DNA of 62,789 nucleotides, the filler included, from Candidatus Methanoxibalbensis ujae (lineage in GTDB: Archaea > Halobacteriota > Syntropharchaeia > Alkanophagales > Methanospirareceae): assembly GCA_026134085.1 (NCBI GenBank). It is 5 parts of 5 records of this genome, joined end to end, with 100 filler letters (N's around TTAATTAATTAA, not from the genome) between each part and the next. Parts side by side here need not be neighbours in the genome. Positions count along the whole stretch, not along the records: positions 51,681 to 62,789 come from JAOQIN010000053.1; 4 more parts are not named here. One strand, given 5' to 3'. Under the pieces are notes generated by a model, which saw only the letters and a program-made list of their open reading frames with translations, was not told the origin of the DNA and did not search any database. Made by a program: the position numbers and the translations under genes. Each line of letters begins with the position of its first letter. Positions within the stretch are counted from its first letter, which is position 1. Shown here piece after piece: positions 58,606 through 62,789 of the stretch.

Positions 58606-60723
58606 ATGAAAAAAAGTGGAAAAGATATGAATAAAGCGATACAACACAGCGGGGGGCATGTCGGTGGAAATCGGGGTGCTTCGAGAACAAACGATTTAAA
58701 AGGGTTATCTTCTAAGAGGCTTTCTTCTTTTGTGTTAACAGCGATTTCGGTAGTTTCGGTATTTGTAACTGTGGCACTGCTAATGACAGGAACAGTAGAG
58801 GCGCAGGTCGCACCGAATTCTACTTTCGTTACGGTGGATGTTTCCCCTCCTAATCCTCCGACCATTCCAGCTGATCAGATCACCATTGGATGGAGCACTG
58901 GACAAGTTCAAAAGGGAAGTCACAGTATTCACGTGACTACAACAGCGGCGACACCAGACTACGCAATGGTGGGTGTGCCTACGAACTTTACATTACAGAG
59001 CGCTACCCAGATTAGCTACTGGGGATACACTGCAGGCGGCGACGTTGACGTTCCGGACGAGATATTCCTCTTCCTAGATACTGACAACGATGGAGAGGTT
59101 GATGTTATTTTGGGTAACCACTGGGGTCCCCCTGGGACTGGTAGCTGGCAGCAGTGGAATATGAGCAAAGGAAGCTGGTTCACAGTTGACCCAAGGACCG
59201 GTGTTACCATCCCAGCTAACATTTCCGATTACTGTGACAAGGGATACAAGGTTTTAGGCGTAGCCATTGGAGCAGGCGCACCTGAGAGTTATCCTACTGG
59301 TGGTGTTACGGTGAATGTTTACCTCGACAATCTCACGATAGATGTAGATGGTGATGGAAATCCTGAGTACACTCTTGACGATGACACCGGCACAATAGAA
59401 GTCTTCTGTGAAACAATAAATGAAACGACCTATTGCGCCAGCATCCAAGATGCCATAAACGCTGCCCTTCCCGGCGACACCATCCTCGTGGCGGCGGGGA
59501 CGTATAATGAAAATGTCGGTGTGGACAAATCGGTTACCCTGCAGGGTGAGGGCAGGGATGTAGTGACTGTAGCGGCAGCAAACCCTGAGAGCATCGTCTT
59601 TGATGTGACCGCAGACTGGGTGAACATAAGCGGGTTTACGGTAACTGGGGGAAGCCGTGGTATCCTTCTCTACTACGCAGATCACTGTAACGTTTTTAAT
59701 AACACCCTCTCGGGCAACGGCTGGGGCATCGGAGTGTATGGTGAGATCGGGGGTGGTGATTATGCAGACTACAACACAGTAAAGGATAACATTATATTAA
59801 ATAACACGCACGGCATCTGGATGTATAAGGCACGCTACAACACAATCGCGGACAACACGATATTAAACAACACAGGCAAAGGCATTCACTTAGATACATA
59901 TTCGGACAGCAATACGTTTAGAGGCAACGATATTCAGGGCAATAATTATGGAATAGAGATTGGTGGACCTCAAGAATACCCTTGCTCAGGAAATGTCGTC
60001 AATTATAATAATATCGTGGGAAACAGCGTTTATGGTGTCTATAATAGCCCTTATAATCCTCGCCTTGATGCCACCAACAACTGGTGGGGAGATGCCACCA
60101 GCGGACCTGGACCGGTTGGCAGCGGCGATAACGTAAGCAGCAATGTGGCTTATGAGCCATGGCTGGGAGCACCTCTGGAATTGCCGGGGCATTATGAAAC
60201 CCTTGGTGCGGGCACACACACAGTGGATGCATCAGCGGAAGCGGATACCAAAGTAACCTTAAACCTCACCAGGGACACCGAAATATATGTAGTTAGATAT
60301 GAATCTCAGCCATTCCCTGATAAGCCATTCCCCGACAAAGCATTAGGCAAATGGATAGACATCCATGTTTCCAATCCTGATGCGGTTGAGTGGCCAATAT
60401 ATATTGAGTTGAGCTACAGCGATGCCGAAGTAGCTGCGGCCGGTATAGATGAGAGCACCCTGGGCTTGTATTATTACTATAATGACACCTTCCACCGCTG
60501 CTCTGATACTGGGGTAAACATAGCGGAGAACTTTATCTGGGCCTATGTGAACAAAACGGAAGCTACGGGCTCAGCGAGCTTGGTGGGTAAAGAATTTGGT
60601 GCCGGTGGTAACCCAATACCCGAACGAGTCCCAGCACTAACGCCAATTGGAATAATAGCATTGATCACGATATTGAGCGTTGTGTTCGCAGTAGCAACGA
60701 TGAAGAGGAAAAAAAGCAAATAA
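58606..60723 (+). CDS. Secreted NosD/pectin-lyase-like beta-helix surface protein with IPTL-CTERM-like anchor
   Basis: SIQDAINAA.PGDTILVAAGTYNE, ISGFTV, Asn/Gly-rich repeats, DATNNWWG, C-terminal VPALTPIG plus TM plus KRKK. Confidence 0.85.
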   Translation: MKKSGKDMNKAIQHSGGHVGGNRGASRTNDLKGLSSKRLSSFVLTAISVVSVFVTVALLMTGTVEAQVAPNSTFVTVDVSPPNPPTIPADQITIGWSTGQVQKGSHSIHVTTTAATPDYAMVGVPTNFTLQSATQISYWGYTAGGDVDVPDEIFLFLDTDNDGEVDVILGNHWGPPGTGSWQQWNMSKGSWFTVDPRTGVTIPANISDYCDKGYKVLGVAIGAGAPESYPTGGVTVNVYLDNLTIDVDGDGNPEYTLDDDTGTIEVFCETINETTYCASIQDAINAALPGDTILVAAGTYNENVGVDKSVTLQGEGRDVVTVAAANPESIVFDVTADWVNISGFTVTGGSRGILLYYADHCNVFNNTLSGNGWGIGVYGEIGGGDYADYNTVKDNIILNNTHGIWMYKARYNTIADNTILNNTGKGIHLDTYSDSNTFRGNDIQGNNYGIEIGGPQEYPCSGNVVNYNNIVGNSVYGVYNSPYNPRLDATNNWWGDATSGPGPVGSGDNVSSNVAYEPWLGAPLELPGHYETLGAGTHTVDASAEADTKVTLNLTRDTEIYVVRYESQPFPDKPFPDKALGKWIDIHVSNPDAVEWPIYIELSYSDAEVAAAGIDESTLGLYYYYNDTFHRCSDTGVNIAENFIWAYVNKTEATGSASLVGKEFGAGGNPIPERVPALTPIGIIALITILSVVFAVATMKRKKSK

Positions 60724-61147
60724 CCAACATTAAAAGGGTTGTTGAGGGGATAATTTTTTTTCTTCCCCTCTTTTTTATCTTTTATGCAACCTGTATACAA
60801 GGCGACAGTCCAATACAAGCGAGGAATTGCTGTAAAGGAATATGTGGTAGATTTGCACAGAATAACAACGAATGTATCATTAGAAGTCATTACACTGGAA
60901 AATATAGTAGATGGATAGCAGATATTTGGCTTGGAGATCCTTAATGAAGAACTATTGGATATGGGATTGGCTGATAAGATATGAAGATGAAGAAGGAAAA
61001 GGGGATAAAGGACGCTGAGCGAAAAGAAGCATTAAAAGCAGTCTCCCTATTCCTTCTCCTCTGTTTCACGCTCAACTTCGCTTATTTCAAGCTCGCAGTG
61101 AACAAATAACACCAGGAGAGATTACCGCTTCCTTAGTTGCATTATTC

Positions 61148-61447
61148 CTACGCTTTTCGGATTGAATGCAAAAGCAGATGGCACTTTCGTGCTGTGACGA
61201 ATCTCTCTCGACGTAATCTGTGAACGGGGATATACTCATCGTTTATTGCTCTGTCATATATCCACCTCGCTTGGAAATAATACCAGAAATCCAATGTCGT
61301 TGAATATGTTATTTTATCCAGCTTTGATAGCGTTGATATAAAGTGTGATGCAAATTTCGCTCTAAATGAGACAATAGAAACAGCTAATATAATTTTTACA
61401 ACAATGGTAGGTGAAATCAGATCAATATTATGGAGATAGTCGCTCAT
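61148..61447 (-). CDS. Hypothetical, possibly truncated, protein
   Basis: 99-aa ORF with AGGAG SD directly after cmk copy 2. Confidence 0.35.
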   Translation of the reverse strand: MSDYLHNIDLISPTIVVKIILAVSIVSFRAKFASHFISTLSKLDKITYSTTLDFWYYFQARWIYDRAINDEYIPVHRLRRERFVTARKCHLLLHSIRKA

Positions 61448-61459
61448 ATAAACAGCTCC

Positions 61460-62017
61460 TCACTCTATTTGCTCTTTTCCTTTGCTTTCGTCGGCTTTCA
61501 AACGCTCTAAGGCGTGCAGAATGAGCGAAGCGATGTCTTCAGCGGTGAATTTTGAAGAGTCAATTACGATGTCGTATGCGGAGAGGTCGTTTGGATTCAA
61601 GCGGTAGTAACGCTCATACCTTTTTATTTCTGAATGCTCACGCATTTTTATTGCGGAGAGTGCCTCCTCGTATTTCAAGCGGTCTCTGCTTGCGACCCTT
61701 TTTGCACGAACCTCCAAAGGTGCTTTAATCCAGATTTTGAGCGTCGCATCTTTCACGAAAAAAGCGGAGAGCCTGCCTTCAAATACCGCATGCTGAAGCG
61801 AAGAAGCGTATGCTTGCTGACGCCTGTCAATCTCTCTGTCAAGCGATTCATCCTGCTCCGCAATCTCGCTCAACTGCTCAATGCTAAGACCTCGCTCCGC
61901 AGCAATCTGCCTGAATATCTCCCCTGCGGATATGAGTTTTGCGTTCAATCTCGCTGCGAGTATTCTTGCGACTGTCGTCGTTCCGCTGCCAGGAGGGCCT
62001 CCTATTGTTATCTTCAT
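61460..62017 (-). CDS. cmk: Cytidylate kinase (archaeal type), copy 2
   Basis: MKITIGGPPGSGTTT, SAGEIFR, EGRLSA, YDIVIDSS. Confidence 0.93.
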   Translation of the reverse strand: MKITIGGPPGSGTTTVARILAARLNAKLISAGEIFRQIAAERGLSIEQLSEIAEQDESLDREIDRRQQAYASSLQHAVFEGRLSAFFVKDATLKIWIKAPLEVRAKRVASRDRLKYEEALSAIKMREHSEIKRYERYYRLNPNDLSAYDIVIDSSKFTAEDIASLILHALERLKADESKGKEQIE

Positions 62018-62364
62018 TTCCGCGCCGCTCCTTTTCAGTGAGGCAAAAGAGGTTCGCAGATTCAATAACTAATTTGGCTCTGCAAACGACCCCTTTTATA
62101 ATTTTCCATTTGCGTCAAGATTTCCATCCAGTTGCCTCCGCATGTTGAACCGGTGCGAATGGTGCGTTTCTCATGCAAAACAACTTTCTTGTCGGAAGTG
62201 ATGTTATGTTGCCAGAGCAAAGATTTTCTGTTCTTTAAAGAAAAGGCTAAATGGAAAAGAGACTTTGCAGGATTTTGCAGAATGTTTATGTTTTACTTCA
62301 GTGGGAGGGATGTTATTAGGGTTATTAGGACATGTCCCTTCAAATAAGCAAAATAATGAGCGGA

Positions 62365-62440
62365 GTGCAACGTGCGGACGAATTTCGGCTTTGCCGAATT
62401 TTTTGCGTAGCGAGGCGTAGTCGTATATCCGCTGTTAGAC
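62365..62440 (-). other. attC-like imperfect palindrome
   Basis: GTCTAAC-AGCGGA...TTCGGCAAAGCCGAA...TCCGC-AC-GTTGCAC beginning 16 nt after a stop codon. Confidence 0.4.
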
Positions 62441-62456
62441 GCAGCTGACAAAAATT

Positions 62457-62789
62457 TCATATCATATTTTTTATCTTTCCAAGTTCCTTTATTCGTTCTC
62501 CAAGTTTTTTAGCAGCGTTAATAGCTTCTGTATCTTTTATTATTTCTCCTTCTTCAAAGGCTATCCCACAAACACCTCTGTTTGCTACGATCATCTCATG
62601 TTTAAGGAAAAATGCATTAATAGCAGTAATAGCACTTTCTATACCGTATCTCCGACCAACAACAATTGCACCACCAATTTTGTTTCTAAGTCGTCCTCTA
62701 ATACACCATGTGCGGTCTATGAAGGCTTTAGTTTGGGCGGATACATTGTTGAAATAAACCGGACTGCCTATAACAATAGCATCGGCTTT
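62457..62789 (-). CDS. Flavodoxin-fold / iron-sulfur flavoprotein family protein (5' end outside window)
   Basis: Manual translation KADAIVIGSPVYFNNVSAQTKAFIDR...LRNKIGGAIVVG. Confidence 0.85.
   Translation of the reverse strand, partial: KADAIVIGSPVYFNNVSAQTKAFIDRTWCIRGRLRNKIGGAIVVGRRYGIESAITAINAFFLKHEMIVANRGVCGIAFEEGEIIKDTEAINAAKKLGERIKELGKIKNMI

Overview
Archaeal DNA from an anaerobic methanotroph of the ANME-1 lineage (Methanophagales). The ANME-1-type McrA combined with an mcrD gene inside mcrBDGA points to the deep-branching ANME-1c group. The window is not contiguous: it is five contigs joined by artificial 100-bp N44-TTAATTAATTAA-N44 linkers (13952-14051, 26539-26638, 39119-39218, 51581-51680), so synteny only holds within each block. 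Core genes: hdrA, polC (PolD DP2), an HdrD/GlpC-like protein, purD, two cmk copies, class I lysS, rpl15e, signal peptidase, mcrBDGA, queD, rsmA, a pyrK-pyrD fusion, mvhD and three tRNAs (Glu-CTC, Gln-TTG, Leu-TAA). The standout is a compact four-gene operon (20374-25898) resembling a bacterial Pup/UBact tagging system: an ARC/Mpa-type double-OB AAA+ ATPase, a PafA-like ligase whose catalytic Asp position is Cys, a Dop-like enzyme, and a small acidic protein ending in -TAGE. It has no 20S proteasome genes of its own. Other leads: an unannotated 53-aa peptide gene upstream of a radical SAM/SPASM enzyme, a structured ~85-nt RNA leader on tRNA-Glu, an AT-rich GGCT-like plus 2TM gene pair, attC-like hairpins, a TnpB element inserted just upstream of a histidine kinase, a UbiA/GGR/glycosyltransferase cluster and unusual McrA substitutions. 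All family calls come from motif recognition by eye; no searches were run.
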